The translations under genes and the position numbers were made by a program. A stretch of 64,000 bases of DNA from Candidatus Sericytochromatia bacterium (lineage in GTDB: Bacteria > Cyanobacteriota > Sericytochromatia > S15B-MN24 > VGJW01), in assembly GCA_035285595.1 (NCBI GenBank), contig JAYKGV010000004.1, forward strand, positions 3,327 to 67,326, written 5' to 3'. The first letter of the stretch is position 1. Every line of letters starts with the position of its first letter. Positions 9,560 through 18,576 of this stretch are shown here, piece by piece. The notes below the pieces were generated by a model. The model was not told the origin of the DNA. It saw only the letters and a list, made by a program, of their open reading frames with translations, and searched no databases.

Positions 9560-10600
9560 TCACTTGACCAGATTGATCAGCTGGTCGAGGGACGAGTTGT
9601 AGTCGTCCAGCATCTTGGTCAGGTTCTTGTAGACGAAGTTGGCCACGTCCAGCGTGATGTTGCTTTCGCGCTCGATGCTGTTGAAGTCCGGTTGTTCCAG
9701 ACTCTCGCTCTGGACTTCGAGGAAGTCCCCGCCGGCCCCCTTGGCCCTGCGGGCTCCGTAGCTTTCCACCGTGATGCCGCCGCGGTTCGCGATGCTGGTC
9801 TCGTAAATGGCTCCCCCGAAGGCCGACTCGGAGAGGGTGCTCTGGCTCGGGACTTTCACGATGGCCAAGGCGGAGTTGTTGTTGAGTGGATTGGCCTTCT
9901 CCTGAGGACCCATGGTGAAGGGGTCGCCGGTGAACCCGATGACGCCTCGGATACGGTCCGGCTCCCATTGCAGCGCGTCCTTGAGAGGATCCGAGCCCGT
10001 AGGGCCCTTGAGTATGGCGTCGCGTTGGAAGGCAGTGGAGGTCATCATCCCCGGCTGCACTCCCGGCGGCAGCTGCTTGACGCGCATGAAACCGGGATTG
10101 TCGGGATCGGACTCGATGTCTTCGGCGCGCAAGACATAAAGATTGGTCGAGTTCTTGAGCAGCCACGTTCGGTTGCCGCCTGTGGCCTTGGCGTTCTTCT
10201 GCTCTTCCCACTGGAAATCGCCGTCGCGGGTGAGCAGCACCCGGGCTCCCGGGCGCAGGGATTCGGCGACGGCGAAGAAATGGCCCTGCGCTCTGTCGCT
10301 GATGGCCAGGTTGGCCGTTTTGCCGACTCTCTGGGTCAGGCCGCCCTGCACGAAGTCGATGCCCACGGCGCTGATGCGGAGCTCGCTTGGTCCGCCGCGG
10401 ATACCCACCCGCGAAGCCCTGCCGTTGCCCCCCGCGGCCGCGTCGGAGAAACTCGTCAGGCTCGAGGCCACGTTCAGCTGGGTGTTCTTCCGGTTGAAGC
10501 CCGGAGTGACCGCACCTTGCAGATTGAACAACACGTTCTGGCGAAACCGGTCGATGACCGAGAACGTGTTGATGAGACCGTATCGAAGATCCGTGCCCAT
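9560..10600 (-). CDS. Divergent flagellar hook/basal-body rod (FlgE/F/G-family)-like protein
   Basis: GGAGG RBS before ATG 10600. Motifs NLQGAVTPGF, DFVQGGL..NLAI..GHFFAV, LTRDGDF and SLEQPDF...YKNLTKMLDDYNSSLDQLINL parallel the FlgE/G N-terminal, D1 and C-terminal motifs. Confidence 0.65.
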   Translation of the reverse strand: MGTDLRYGLINTFSVIDRFRQNVLFNLQGAVTPGFNRKNTQLNVASSLTSFSDAAAGGNGRASRVGIRGGPSELRISAVGIDFVQGGLTQRVGKTANLAISDRAQGHFFAVAESLRPGARVLLTRDGDFQWEEQKNAKATGGNRTWLLKNSTNLYVLRAEDIESDPDNPGFMRVKQLPPGVQPGMMTSTAFQRDAILKGPTGSDPLKDALQWEPDRIRGVIGFTGDPFTMGPQEKANPLNNNSALAIVKVPSQSTLSESAFGGAIYETSIANRGGITVESYGARRAKGAGGDFLEVQSESLEQPDFNSIERESNITLDVANFVYKNLTKMLDDYNSSLDQLINLVK

Positions 10601-10741
10601 GGAGCTCCTCCGGGCCGCCTGACGGGCATTCCCGGCTGTTACGTACCCGGTTCCACCGTGACCTAACGCACAGCCTGGAGAGAAGTCTGCCGGCTCCGGC
10701 AATTGTTCTCCGTCGGCGGCGCGGTTCCGGCGATCGAGAGG

Positions 10742-12853
10742 TCAGGGCGCGTCGGAGTCCAGCTCGCGCACCAGCCTGTTGAAGGCATCGGCCACCCAGA
10801 CGAAACCTGCCCCTCGCGCCGAGGGCACGGCTGCTGTCGGCATCCGCAGGCCCAGATAGGCATCGGTGATGTCCCGCTTCTCCGTGACGGCGACGAGGAC
10901 AGGTGCCCAGCGACTGTCCCCCGCGCTGCTTGGAAAGGGCGGGATGGTCATGCGGTACACCGCATTGGCCCCGGAATCGCAGACGAGGACATCGGCGTCT
11001 GCGTTCGCGAGGGTCGAAGCCGTGGCTTGCAGCTGGATGGGATACTCGAGGGAGCGTCCCGAGGGTTGCACGCGTCTCATTCTTCGCAGGGTGGGTCGGA
11101 GCCCGTCTGCAGGCTGGCCCCTGAAGGCCGTCGGACTCTCGAGACGCAGGGCCACCAGACTGCGGTTGTCGGTGTCGGCCACATAGAGGGTCTGCTGAAC
11201 CTCGGGACTGCTCCCCCGGGCTTCGTGGACGGCCACATCCATCGGCCCGGATAAGCCGATGCTGACGTTGCCGGGGATTTCCGGCGGCGCGAGCGCCAAG
11301 CCTTGGCCGCGCTTTCCTGTCCCGAGCAGGGTCGTGACATAGCCGACGGGGGAGTTGCCGACGGGTGCATACCGGACAAGCATTCGAACCCGGTGGTAGC
11401 CCGAGTCGGCCACGAAGATACGGGTCGTACTGTCGATTCGGGAGCCTGCCGCCAATCCCCGCGGCAGGGAGATGCCGGCATTTCCTGCTTCCACCGTGCC
11501 GTAGCGATCGACGGCCGTACTGTCGCCGGGCTCGATCTCCTCGGCGGGATTGGCGCTGGCCGAGGCAGCAGGGACGGGAGTGGCCGCAGCAGGCAGGTTG
11601 CCGCCCAGCATGGTGTAGACGCTGTCCTTCGGGCGTCGATCCTCCGCAGGATCCGCCGAGTTGTCCGGGAACCAAGCATAGACTCGGTTCCTGCCTGCGT
11701 CCGAGATCAGGACCATCCTGCGCCCCGTCAGGGTGTTCCGGATATAGACAGGATCCTCGGTGACAGCCAGGCCCCAGGGTTCGACAAGTCGAACCTCGCT
11801 TGCCTGAAGGCCGCTGCCGTTGACGATCTGGGGCGGAAGGTCCAGCCCCCCCCCGACAACCGTCAGGATGACGTCCTTGGTCAGGTCGGAGTCGCTGGTG
11901 AGGTTGAGGAATCGGACCCTTCCGGCCGCGCTGTCCACATACAGCAGGCCCGTGGCGAACCGTCCGCTGCTGCGCGGCAGGCGGAAAGGGTGGAGCATGT
12001 CCGTGATTCTTCCTACCCGAACCATGGAGGCAGGGACACCGGCGAACTCCGGGAAGGGCGTGGCATCCGGACCGGGCAGCAGGGACGTCAGCAGGCCATC
12101 TTGTCCCACCCCGGCCAAATTCGAGGGGATGGGTTCCGCTCCATACAGGTACTCTCCAGAACTCACCCCGAGGAGGATGGTGTCCGAGTGGGCGGGGGTG
12201 GCCGCGGGTGCAGGTGATGTGGCCAGGACGGCGCGGACGACCCCGTTCCTGGCCGACAGGCGAACGGTGGCCGCCGTACGAGCCGTCAGTACCCCTGAGG
12301 CATTGATGTCTGCCGCTCCCGGCGGGTCGACCTGCCACTGCACGTAGGGCCTGTCGACGAGCTGGCCTGCCGTGTCCGTGCCGGTCCATGACAGCTGGAT
12401 CGAATGGCCGGCTTGTGGCAATGAAAGTCGGTCGGTCGCGAGGGTCAGTTGTTGCAAGACCACCAAGGGGGCGGCACGTGCCGACTCCTGCTGGATCACC
12501 TCCACCACGCCCGTCCGGGCTCCTACCGGCACGGTCACGGCCAGCATGTCCACATTGCCTTGCACTCGCCTTGCGAGGACCTCCCAAAGCGCTTCCAGAC
12601 CGCCCACTCGAATCCTGGTGCCCGGCAACGCCAGATTCTGGCCCATGAGAGTCAGTCGCGCCCCGGGACCTGCGTGGGGTGGGTCGACGGTGAAGTCACG
12701 CGTACGCGCAGGTTCAGCCTGGAGCGGATCGGCAACTGCGGCGGAGGGAGGCTGCTCCGGAGCCATGGGGGCTCTGGCCGTCGTGGCGGGCAGCCGACAG
12801 GCTGCGAGGGTCAGGCCTCCCAGCAGCAGAAATCGGTACACGGCGCGGCGCAT
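10742..12853 (-). CDS. Lipoprotein with IPT/TIG, Ig-like and NHL-repeat (beta-propeller) domains
   Basis: Lipobox LAAC; TVDPPHAGPGARLTLMGQNL (IPT-like); repeated P.GLA...(I/V)(S/A)D(S/A/T)..RV NHL motifs. Confidence 0.75.
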   Translation of the reverse strand: MRRAVYRFLLLGGLTLAACRLPATTARAPMAPEQPPSAAVADPLQAEPARTRDFTVDPPHAGPGARLTLMGQNLALPGTRIRVGGLEALWEVLARRVQGNVDMLAVTVPVGARTGVVEVIQQESARAAPLVVLQQLTLATDRLSLPQAGHSIQLSWTGTDTAGQLVDRPYVQWQVDPPGAADINASGVLTARTAATVRLSARNGVVRAVLATSPAPAATPAHSDTILLGVSSGEYLYGAEPIPSNLAGVGQDGLLTSLLPGPDATPFPEFAGVPASMVRVGRITDMLHPFRLPRSSGRFATGLLYVDSAAGRVRFLNLTSDSDLTKDVILTVVGGGLDLPPQIVNGSGLQASEVRLVEPWGLAVTEDPVYIRNTLTGRRMVLISDAGRNRVYAWFPDNSADPAEDRRPKDSVYTMLGGNLPAAATPVPAASASANPAEEIEPGDSTAVDRYGTVEAGNAGISLPRGLAAGSRIDSTTRIFVADSGYHRVRMLVRYAPVGNSPVGYVTTLLGTGKRGQGLALAPPEIPGNVSIGLSGPMDVAVHEARGSSPEVQQTLYVADTDNRSLVALRLESPTAFRGQPADGLRPTLRRMRRVQPSGRSLEYPIQLQATASTLANADADVLVCDSGANAVYRMTIPPFPSSAGDSRWAPVLVAVTEKRDITDAYLGLRMPTAAVPSARGAGFVWVADAFNRLVRELDSDAP

Positions 12854-12919
12854 GGACTCCTTCTACCCTCGCCCCAAAGAGGCTAGACCGGGTTAGCGAC
12901 GACCACACGGGGGTAAGGC

Positions 12920-13813
12920 ATGACCATGCCTTCGCAGCGAGAACCCATGGGCACGCCGGATAACAAGGCCGGGGTTACCGAACAAGCCAAACTAGACGCC
13001 GCCAAGCTCGAGCAGCAAATCCGGGCGACGACGCGCGAGCTCAGGCTGCGGCTCGAATACCTCGATCACCTTGCCCAGCAGCAGCAGACCGAGCTGGAGC
13101 AGCTGAGAAGTCAGCCTTCAGGCCCTCAACGCAACCAGGCCATCTCCCGGATCGAGCAGAAGCTGGGCTTCTACCAGATGATCAAGGCGGCGTCCGAGGG
13201 CTTGGAAGATGTGCAATCCAAGCAGCCGACTTCGATTGCCCAGGGTCGGACGGACACTTCTCCCTTGCGTGTCACCAACCAGGACCTTACCAACATGCGA
13301 CTCATCGAGGCGCAGTCCATCCTGGCCAGCGCGAAGCTGGCCGTCGAGGATCTCGCGCCCCGGATGCGCATCCTGGCTGGGGTACTCGGCAAGCCCGGCC
13401 GCTACGCTCCGCCGGAGCTGGCCCAGCTCAATCGTCTCAAGGAACGTCTGAAGAATCAGGCTCATCTCCTGCCGCGCCTGCAGTTGGCCTTGCAGACCTA
13501 TGACGAGATGGTGGCATCCCTGCCCCAGCTGACCCAGCAGGTCGACGAGGTTCGCAGATTGACGGGGCGAGATGCCTTGCAGCAACTGCAGACCCTCCGG
13601 ACCCCGGTCCTTGCCGGAAAGCTCTACCAACTCGAGCGTCTGCCTGCCGAGGTCGCCGGGGATCCTGAATTCTCCAAACTCTTTCCCGAGCCCCAGCCGA
13701 TTCGCCTGCCAGTACCTCAGCGTACACCCACGGGACAGTTGCCGGCGCAGGATGCGCGGCCCGCGAAGAAGGGCGGCGGCTTTCTGGGGCTCTTTGGCTT
13801 GGGCCCGAGATAA
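12920..13813 (+). CDS. Hypothetical coiled-coil protein
   Basis: Long Q/E/L-rich helical ORF with coding-like codon usage; ends KKGGGFLGLFGLGPR. Confidence 0.7.
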   Translation: MTMPSQREPMGTPDNKAGVTEQAKLDAAKLEQQIRATTRELRLRLEYLDHLAQQQQTELEQLRSQPSGPQRNQAISRIEQKLGFYQMIKAASEGLEDVQSKQPTSIAQGRTDTSPLRVTNQDLTNMRLIEAQSILASAKLAVEDLAPRMRILAGVLGKPGRYAPPELAQLNRLKERLKNQAHLLPRLQLALQTYDEMVASLPQLTQQVDEVRRLTGRDALQQLQTLRTPVLAGKLYQLERLPAEVAGDPEFSKLFPEPQPIRLPVPQRTPTGQLPAQDARPAKKGGGFLGLFGLGPR

Positions 13814-13889
13814 GCGTATCGGGGTCGGCCCCGAGACCGGACGAAGCGGGTTTCTGTCGGGTAGGTGAGATTGTCACCCAAAGCATCAA

Positions 13890-13914
13890 CCCCCTGCGCG
13901 CACGTTGCAGGGGG
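13890..13914. terminator. Hairpin between convergent genes (probable bidirectional terminator)
   Basis: CCCCCTGC-N9-GCAGGGGG inverted repeat. Confidence 0.55.
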
Positions 13915-13937
13915 CTGATTGTCAGAGGCTCGGCAGG

Positions 13938-14240
13938 TCAGGCTTCGCCAAACACGGCGCGGCTCGCTTTGGCCACCAGATTCATGAGCTGGTCGAAGAG
14001 CTTCTCGAAGGCCTCGGCGTTTTCAATCTTCTGTAGGCGCTCTTTCTTGGCGCCGGAGGAGAAGACTTCTTTGGTGCGCTGCCACATCCCGGGGTTTTCG
14101 GCCTTGAACTTGTCTTCACCCAGCGCCTTGCGGGCCAGATTGACCTCCTGGGCAATGGCGCCGAAATCGAAAGAAGGGGGTTCGACCTTCACGGGAGCCG
14201 CCGTCGGTGCCAAAGGCGTGTTGGCTTTAATCATGCTCAT
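13938..14240 (-). CDS. Hypothetical protein (100 aa)
   Basis: GAGGAGAGG RBS before ATG 14240 (MSMIKANTP...); K/E-rich helical sequence. Confidence 0.7.
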   Translation of the reverse strand: MSMIKANTPLAPTAAPVKVEPPSFDFGAIAQEVNLARKALGEDKFKAENPGMWQRTKEVFSSGAKKERLQKIENAEAFEKLFDQLMNLVAKASRAVFGEA

Positions 14241-14295
14241 GGTGAACCTACCTCTCCTCATGTTTGTACCGGAATCATCGGTCGTCTTGTCCGAT

Positions 14296-15396
14296 TTAAC
14301 AGATTCCCAATAAAGCCTTGTCGATCTCGGATTGAACCAGAGGATCGGTTTCGGTACGGGCCATCTTGACCAGCGTGCGCCGGTCACCGTGTCGTCCCAG
14401 GGCCCAGGCCACATGGGCGCGGACGACCGGCAGATCGTGAGCGACATGTGCGCCGAGGACAGGAGCGGCTTCGGGATGGCGGCTGTTGCCCAGCACCACG
14501 GCTGCATTGCGTGCAAGGCCCTCGCGCCGCGTCCGCTTGATGGCACTCTTGCGGAATCTGGCCGCAAAGCCTTCCGGGGAGAGGCCCAGCAACTCATCGA
14601 GCACGGGGTAATGCCGGTCCACCCGGGCGCGAAAGGCCTCGGTACGGGTCGGTACGGCCTTTCGGTTCCAAGGACAGGCTTCCTGGCACAGATCACAGCC
14701 GTAGACCCACTCGCCGAGGCGGGGACGATCGAGGTCGGTCAGCATGCCTCTCGTCTCGATGGTCAGGGTGCTGATGCACAGCCGGGCATCAAGGGTATTG
14801 GGCGCGACGAGCGCACCCGTGGGACAGGCGGCGAGGCAGGCCGTGCATCGGCCGCACGTGATGGGGACCGGACGTGGGACAGGGTATTCGAGGCTTGTCA
14901 GCAGGACCCCGAGGAAACCGAAGGATCCCTGGCCCGGTACGATGAGGTTGCAGTTGCGGCCGATCCAACCGAGGCCCGCGGCTTCTGCGGCACTGCGCTC
15001 AAGCACGGGCCCTGTGTCGACATAGGCTCGGGCGAGGGGATCGCCGAGGCGCTCGGCCAACAGGCGCAGCCTCGGCGTCATCACGTCATGGTAATCCTCG
15101 CCGAGGGCATAGGCTGCGACTCTTCCTCGGGGAACATCGTCCGGCATCGGGCCTGCGGGAGGTAGATCGTGGCGCTGGTAGACGGCAATGATGCTGCGTG
15201 CCTCGGAGTGGACCTGCCGGGGGTCGATCCGACGCTCCGGGGTGCGTGCCAGCCAGGCCATGGACCCGTGGAAGCCTTGCGCAAGCCACTGCGTGAAGGC
15301 TGGCCCGTACCGCGAGGATTCCGCGGGTGCGGCGCCCACGGCGTCGAAGCCCAGGCTCGAGGCCTCTGCCCGCAGGGTGTCCGGATCCGCTCGCAT
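14296..15396 (-). CDS. queG: Epoxyqueuosine reductase QueG
   Basis: YALGEDYH, YVDTGPVLER, CGRCTACLAACPTGA, CISTLTIE, GCDLCQEACPWN. Confidence 0.95.
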   Translation of the reverse strand: MRADPDTLRAEASSLGFDAVGAAPAESSRYGPAFTQWLAQGFHGSMAWLARTPERRIDPRQVHSEARSIIAVYQRHDLPPAGPMPDDVPRGRVAAYALGEDYHDVMTPRLRLLAERLGDPLARAYVDTGPVLERSAAEAAGLGWIGRNCNLIVPGQGSFGFLGVLLTSLEYPVPRPVPITCGRCTACLAACPTGALVAPNTLDARLCISTLTIETRGMLTDLDRPRLGEWVYGCDLCQEACPWNRKAVPTRTEAFRARVDRHYPVLDELLGLSPEGFAARFRKSAIKRTRREGLARNAAVVLGNSRHPEAAPVLGAHVAHDLPVVRAHVAWALGRHGDRRTLVKMARTETDPLVQSEIDKALLGIC

Positions 15397-15446
15397 GCCT
15401 TCATCATGCAGCAGCCGACAGCTGCTTTGCATGGGGGGACCGGCCC

Positions 15447-16823
15447 TTGAAGGACATCATCGAAGGCGCCCGCAGGGCCCAGAGGGCCTGGGGCGAGCTG
15501 ACACCTGCCGAGCGTGCCCGCCGTATGCGGCCTTGGTGGCGACGGATCCTGCAAGGCATGGGGCCCTTGGCCGAGGCCATCGCGGAAGAGACGGGCAAGC
15601 CACGCTTCGAGGCGTTGTTTCACGAAGTCCTTCCCCTGCTGGACGGCCTGCGCTACCAGATGAGGCAGGCGCCGCGACGGTTGCGTCCCCGGCGGCTGCC
15701 GTTGCACCTGGCGCTGCACCGACGTTCGGAGCTGGTGCCGGTGCCGTTGGGCGTGGTCGGCATCATCGCGCCGTGGAACTTCCCGGTGGCCATCGGCATC
15801 GGCGATGCGACCACCGCCCTGCTGGCAGGAAATGCCGTGGTGCTCAAGCCCTCGGAGCGAACGCCGCATGCCACACGTCTGGTGGCGGGCTGGTGGGTCG
15901 AGTGTGGTCTCGATCCGAACCTGCTGCAGGTCCGAACGGGAGGACCCGAGGCGGGGCAGGAACTCATCGCCGCGGGGCCCGACCACATCATTTTCACGGG
16001 GTCCGTGCCCGGGGGGCGCAAGGTCGCCATGGCGGCTGCCGAGCGGCTGATTCCGACCACGCTCGAGTTGGGAGGCAAGGCCCCTGCCCTCGTCTGTCCT
16101 GATGCGGACCTCGCCGAGACGGCACGCACCCTGGTCTGGGGTGCATATGCCAACTGTGGGCAGGTGTGTGCGTCCGTCGAACGAGTCTACGTCCCTCGGC
16201 AGATCTGGACGCCCTTGTTGGAAGAGTTGCGCGGCGCGCTGAAGGGGTTGCGGCCCGGGTTGGATGTCGGTCGCCCCACGATGCCCGAGGCCGTCTCTCG
16301 TTGGGATGCCCAGGTGGCAGATGCCGTGGCGCGTGGAGCCCAGACCTTCCGTCCGGAGGCCGACTTTGCCGCGCCTTTCTATCCGCCCACCTTGCTGGCT
16401 CCGTGTCCATTCGATGCGCGTGTGATGCAGGAGGAGACCTTCGGGCCGCTCCTGCCGCTGTGCCCGGTCGAGGACGTGGACGAGGCCATGGCTTTGGCCA
16501 ACGCAAGCGAGGTGGGTCTCCTGGCCTACGTCTTCACGCGGGATGTGGCGGCCGGGCGTCACCTCGCCGCCAAGCTCGAAGTCGGGACCGTCATGATCAA
16601 TGAAGTCATCCTGAGCCATGCCATGCCTGAGACGCCCTGGGGTGGTCAGAAAGACTCTGGATGGGGGCGTGTGCATGGCGAGCAGGGCTTGGACGCGGTG
16701 GTGCACTGGCGCCATGTGAACAGTCCCGGTTTCACGTGGCGGCTTCGTCCGTGGGTGCATCCTTACGAGGAGGAATGGATGCGCCTTGCGGAGCGGTGGT
16801 TGCCCCGAATCTGGAGGGTCTAG
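15447..16823 (+). CDS. Aldehyde dehydrogenase family protein
   Basis: PWNFP, LKPSE, FTGS, LELGGK, NCGQVCAS, EETFGP; TTG start inferred. Confidence 0.92.
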   Translation: MKDIIEGARRAQRAWGELTPAERARRMRPWWRRILQGMGPLAEAIAEETGKPRFEALFHEVLPLLDGLRYQMRQAPRRLRPRRLPLHLALHRRSELVPVPLGVVGIIAPWNFPVAIGIGDATTALLAGNAVVLKPSERTPHATRLVAGWWVECGLDPNLLQVRTGGPEAGQELIAAGPDHIIFTGSVPGGRKVAMAAAERLIPTTLELGGKAPALVCPDADLAETARTLVWGAYANCGQVCASVERVYVPRQIWTPLLEELRGALKGLRPGLDVGRPTMPEAVSRWDAQVADAVARGAQTFRPEADFAAPFYPPTLLAPCPFDARVMQEETFGPLLPLCPVEDVDEAMALANASEVGLLAYVFTRDVAAGRHLAAKLEVGTVMINEVILSHAMPETPWGGQKDSGWGRVHGEQGLDAVVHWRHVNSPGFTWRLRPWVHPYEEEWMRLAERWLPRIWRV

Positions 16824-17029
16824 ATCACAAGCAGTGCGCCAATCAGGACCAGAACGACCCCGCCGCCGACGCCGATGAGCTCATTCTTGGTGTGGCCCGC
16901 CGCGTCATGGACGAACTCCTTGTCCACGACCTGGGGACCGTCGAAGTCGCGCAGAGCCAGCTGCGACCACGTGGCCAGCGCGAAGCCTGCAAGGATCAAC
17001 AGGACGGCCAGCAGCTTGCGACGGTTCAT
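16820..17029 (-). CDS. Small two-TM membrane protein
   Basis: MNRRKLLAVLLILAGFALA...GVGGGVVLVLIGALLVI; fills the gap between ALDH and SDR. Confidence 0.65.
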   Translation of the reverse strand: MNRRKLLAVLLILAGFALATWSQLALRDFDGPQVVDKEFVHDAAGHTKNELIGVGGGVVLVLIGALLVI

Positions 17030-17080
17030 CGTGTCATGATGCAGCCCGGCAAGCGGACGGACAAGCGAATGGGAGGGGAC

Positions 17081-17824
17081 ATGCAGCAGGCGTGGAGTGG
17101 TCGATCGGTGCTGGTCACGGGGGCGAGCCATGGGATCGGCAGGGCGACGGCCGAGGCTTTCGCGCGGCGCGGCGCGGCGGTGGTCGTGCACTACGGTGCC
17201 GACAGGACCGCCGCCGAAGAGGTCGTGCGCGGCATCGCGTCTGCGGGGGGACGTGCGTGGGCGTTGGGTGCCGACCTTGCGACGGCCGAGGCATGTCGGG
17301 AGCTGGTGGCGAGGTCATGGGAGCTTGCGGGTCCCCTCTCGTCTGCGGCCCTCTGCCACGGCATCGTCCGCAGGGGTGGATGGGAGAATGTCGATGAAAC
17401 AGCCTGGGATGATGTGCTGGCCATCAATCTGAAGGCCGTTTTCTTCACGACGCAGGCTCTGGCCGTGCGCATGCGGGAGGCCGGCGGCGGTAGCCTTGTT
17501 CTGGTCGCCAGCATGCGGGCGCTGGAGGGGGCGCCGTCCTCTCCGCACTACGCGGCGGCCAAGGCCGGTGTCGTGTCCCTCGCCAAGTCGGCGGCCCGGG
17601 CGTTTGCCCCGACGGTGAGGGTCAATGCCCTGTCCCCGGGGTATGTCGACACGCGATTGCAGGCCGGGCTTTCGGCGGAGCAGCGGGAACGCATCCTCGA
17701 GGGTATTCCGCTGGCGCGTATGGCGAGTCCGGACGAGATAGCCCGCAGCATCGTGGCTCTCGCCGGCGATGAGCTGTCGTATGTGACAGGCCAGACCATC
17801 CTTGCCGATGGCGGCCGAATTTAG
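17081..17824 (+). CDS. Short-chain dehydrogenase/reductase (FabG-like)
   Basis: TGASHGIG, YAAAK, VNALSPG; GGAGGG RBS. Confidence 0.92.
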   Translation: MQQAWSGRSVLVTGASHGIGRATAEAFARRGAAVVVHYGADRTAAEEVVRGIASAGGRAWALGADLATAEACRELVARSWELAGPLSSAALCHGIVRRGGWENVDETAWDDVLAINLKAVFFTTQALAVRMREAGGGSLVLVASMRALEGAPSSPHYAAAKAGVVSLAKSAARAFAPTVRVNALSPGYVDTRLQAGLSAEQRERILEGIPLARMASPDEIARSIVALAGDELSYVTGQTILADGGRI

Positions 17825-17951
17825 CGGCATGTCACGGAAGGTAAAGTTGCGTTCATCTTCCGTTTCCGGGCTGGACATCCCTCCGGGCGCCTAGTACCCT
17901 GCTACCCATCCTTTCAGGCAAGCTTCGCTCTCTCATCCCTTCACTGGAGTC

Positions 17952-18560
17952 GTGATGAACCCGATCAAGGCCCTTGTGGCGGTCGCCCCCGTGGTGGCCA
18001 TCGGCGCCCTCGCGTTCGTGCTCTACAGCGAGCACGCGCACGAAACTGGCTGGAGCATCGGTGCCCCGCATGCCAGTCCGGTCAAACAGCCGATTCTGTT
18101 CTCTCACGAGATTCATGTCGGCAAGCGTGGGATTTCGTGCACCTATTGCCATCAGTTCGTGGACAAGAATGCCCACGCCGGCATTCCCCCGATGGAGACG
18201 TGCGTCGGATGCCACAAGACTCTGAACGTGGCCGCGCTGCCGAAGTGGGAGCAGGAAGAGATCGGCAAGTTCATGACGGGCAATGCACCCAACATGACGC
18301 TCAAGGATCCTTCCAAGCCGATCAAGTGGAATCGGGTCTATGACCTCCCTAATCACGCCCACTTCCCTCACCAGGTTCATATCTATGCCCTGGCGACCAA
18401 GCAGGGCAAGGAGGCCGAGACGGCGTGCATCAACTGCCATGGCAACATCGCCAAGCAGGAGGTGGTGCGTCAGGAGGTGGACCTGATCCGCATGGGCACC
18501 TGTCTTTCCTGTCACGACAAGTACGGCGCCAGCAAGGATTGCTGGTCCTGTCACTACTGA
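17952..18560 (+). CDS. actA: Membrane-anchored pentaheme cytochrome c (ACIII ActA/QrcA-like)
   Basis: Five CxxCH motifs (CTYCH, CVGCH, CINCH, CLSCH, CWSCH); QPILFSHEIH; N-terminal TM. Confidence 0.88.
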   Translation: MMNPIKALVAVAPVVAIGALAFVLYSEHAHETGWSIGAPHASPVKQPILFSHEIHVGKRGISCTYCHQFVDKNAHAGIPPMETCVGCHKTLNVAALPKWEQEEIGKFMTGNAPNMTLKDPSKPIKWNRVYDLPNHAHFPHQVHIYALATKQGKEAETACINCHGNIAKQEVVRQEVDLIRMGTCLSCHDKYGASKDCWSCHY

Positions 18561-18576
18561 TTTCCGAGGAACCCCG

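Noticed and set aside
9453-12587. 1044-aa minus-strand ORF and many other long R/P/G-rich ORFs
   Set aside because: Alternative-frame artefacts of high GC that overlap well-supported genes.
14270-14300. Sigma28-like TAAA...CCGATGA upstream of the 13938-14240 gene (similar near 50700-50735)
   Set aside because: Spacing does not fit TAAA-N15-GCCGATAA in either case.
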